Positions 62,189 through 64,000 of a DNA stretch of 64,000 nucleotides are shown here, one piece after another. The notes beneath the pieces are model-generated. The model did no database searches. It was not told the DNA's origin and was given only the letters and a program-made list of their open reading frames with translations. Made by a program: the position numbers and the translations under genes. Positions within the stretch are counted from its first letter, which is position 1, and every line of letters begins with the position of its first letter. Source of the stretch: Rhynchobatus australiae (lineage: Eukaryota); assembly GCA_034780895.1 (NCBI GenBank), contig JAUZTB010000066.1, positions 22,816,963 through 22,880,962 on the forward strand. The letters are read 5' to 3'.

Positions 62189-64000
62189 CTGACTTCTTAC
62201 TAAAATCAGTGCATAAGAAAAAAAATTGCATGCAGGTTCCGAAAGCAAAGCTTGTTTGGTGGTAACCCACCTCTTCTGTGTGTTGTCAAGACGCCGTCCG
62301 GTGCATTCGCAGCGAAAGGCATTGATCAAAGACGCGTTGTGCACTGTCTGAAGAATAACTGTTTCCGATCTGTCCCGAATACTGGGGAGGCGGAGGGGAG
62401 TGGGGGGAGGTTAGATCAGTTCCATGAGTCGCCTTCATCGTTTCTGCACCTTTTTTGTGGGGGGGGGGCAATGTATCGTTATTTTAGCAACGAATTCGTC
62501 CATAACAGGTCAGCGGATGGTTGTAGAATTGACGAGAAGGTCCATTTGAAAGGATTNNNNNNNNNNNNNNNNNNNNNNNNNNNNNNNNNNNNNNNNNNNN
62601 NNNNNNNNNNNNNNNNNNNNNNNNNNNNNNNNNNNNNNNNNNNNNNNNNNNNNNNNCCATTTGAAAGGATTTACCGCCGTCGTAACATTTGTGTACACTT
62701 GCCAGGGCTAGCGGTGTTTGTTGAATGCTGTACATTTAACGGTTGGAGGGGGAAAATGTGCAGATTTTTCATTGCAAGTGGAAGAGTTCTATCAAAGAGT
62801 AATCTTAACGTCGAACCTCTATACAAGTACACTGCAAACTACTTTCTCTGAATGAATGAAATTGTTCTTCAGATGAGGTCTTGCCGTCAGCGACAACTGT
62901 GTAACTAGAGTGCAGGGAATGACTTCAGGAACAGAAATTACAACCTGACACCTAATGATTCATTATTTCTGCAATGAATGGAAGAGAACGGTAGAGAAAT
63001 TCCTGAAGGCTTTAATCACAGTTCTTGCTAATCGCACTGTGACTCTTCCCATAGAGCCCCGTTGAAATGGAGGGGGGAGGAAATTGTTCGTAATAAAGAT
63101 GGAGTTTAAAAGATTTACTATGTGGCGGTCAGGGTTAAGCAGCCAGTACAGCGGTACTTCATCATGCAAGAGGCATTGGAGATTATCTGCTCTGCTTGGA
63201 TGCATTATCATAAAAAGTGATTTAAAGCTGATTGATGCAAATGGTCCTGAGTTCTTTTTTTATCATTAATGGACTCTTTCAGTGGCCAGAGGCAGTGATT
63301 AAGGCTGTCATTTAGGGGCAGCTCATTAAAGGCAAAACGTGAAACAGTTGGAGGGAGTAGTCGGTTTTCAGCTCGGATATTTTAAAGATGAACCCCACCA
63401 CCTCACGGGTTGCTGAGGGATTAGCATCTGCCAAACAAATTACAGTATGTTTGATGTTTTGAGATTGACACGCTGGACCTGATCTTATTTTAATGGAGGG
63501 GCACAGTAGGGACCCCTAGCTTTCCTGCTGAGCTTAGTGTTGTGGAAGTGTGAAACGGCAGCCGCGCTGAAGGACGCTGCTGACAGGAATCGGGGCATGA
63601 TGTTTAATTTCTTGTTGCTGGAAGGGACGGGAGAGGGAAGTAAAATCCTTACTGTAGACTTCTAGCCAAAGCCTCCAACACACAAACTGATGCCACCTAT
63701 TCCAGTTTTTGGAAGATTTTTTAAAAAGACTTTTATTACAAAGAATTAAATGTGCAAATTTTGCTTTAAATACTCCAACTTTACAGACACCACAAAGTCT
63801 TAAATGGACAGAGTGAATTCGATATTCCAGAAGGCATTCTCTCCTCCTCCCATCTCCCCTTAAATTCTAGTCAGTATGTATTGAAAGCGGGATTTTTGGT
63901 TCCATCTTATTGAGGTCGTACTTGATAAATGAACGAATTACTTGTTTAAAAAATGTTCACGAGCCTGGAATGAACAACCATCCATTTCTACAGATTGTGT

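Noticed and set aside
61697-62851. ORFs of 98-199 aa in the CpG-rich region
   Set aside because: They run through the (AT)n repeat or an N-gap and show no recognisable protein

Overview
Eukaryotic, AT-rich, largely non-coding DNA from a draft assembly with many N-gaps. The repeat repertoire (CR1 LINEs, V-SINEs, SacSINE1-type DeuSINEs, Rex1/Babar, Penelope-derived fold-backs) points to a cartilaginous fish; this is inferred from recalled consensus sequences, not from a search. No intact protein-coding gene is supported: the ORF track is mostly chance ORFs, N-spanning ORFs and decayed LINE fragments (CR1, L2, RTE, L1, Tx1-like, Rex1/Babar, Ingi/Vingi). The points of most interest are: (1) a family of fold-back elements whose arms carry hammerhead-ribozyme core motifs; (2) a ~2.2 kb composite L1 structure bounded by one 9-bp direct repeat, suggesting 3' transduction; (3) a possible decayed cluster of Ig-domain exons at ~14.7-16.8 kb; (4) several nested insertions and SINE/LINE shared tails; (5) isolated strong hairpins; (6) a CpG-enriched, TE-poor promoter/first-exon-like region at ~61-63 kb. 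Element boundaries are by-eye estimates (+/- 10-30 bp) and family names need confirmation with Dfam/Repbase.
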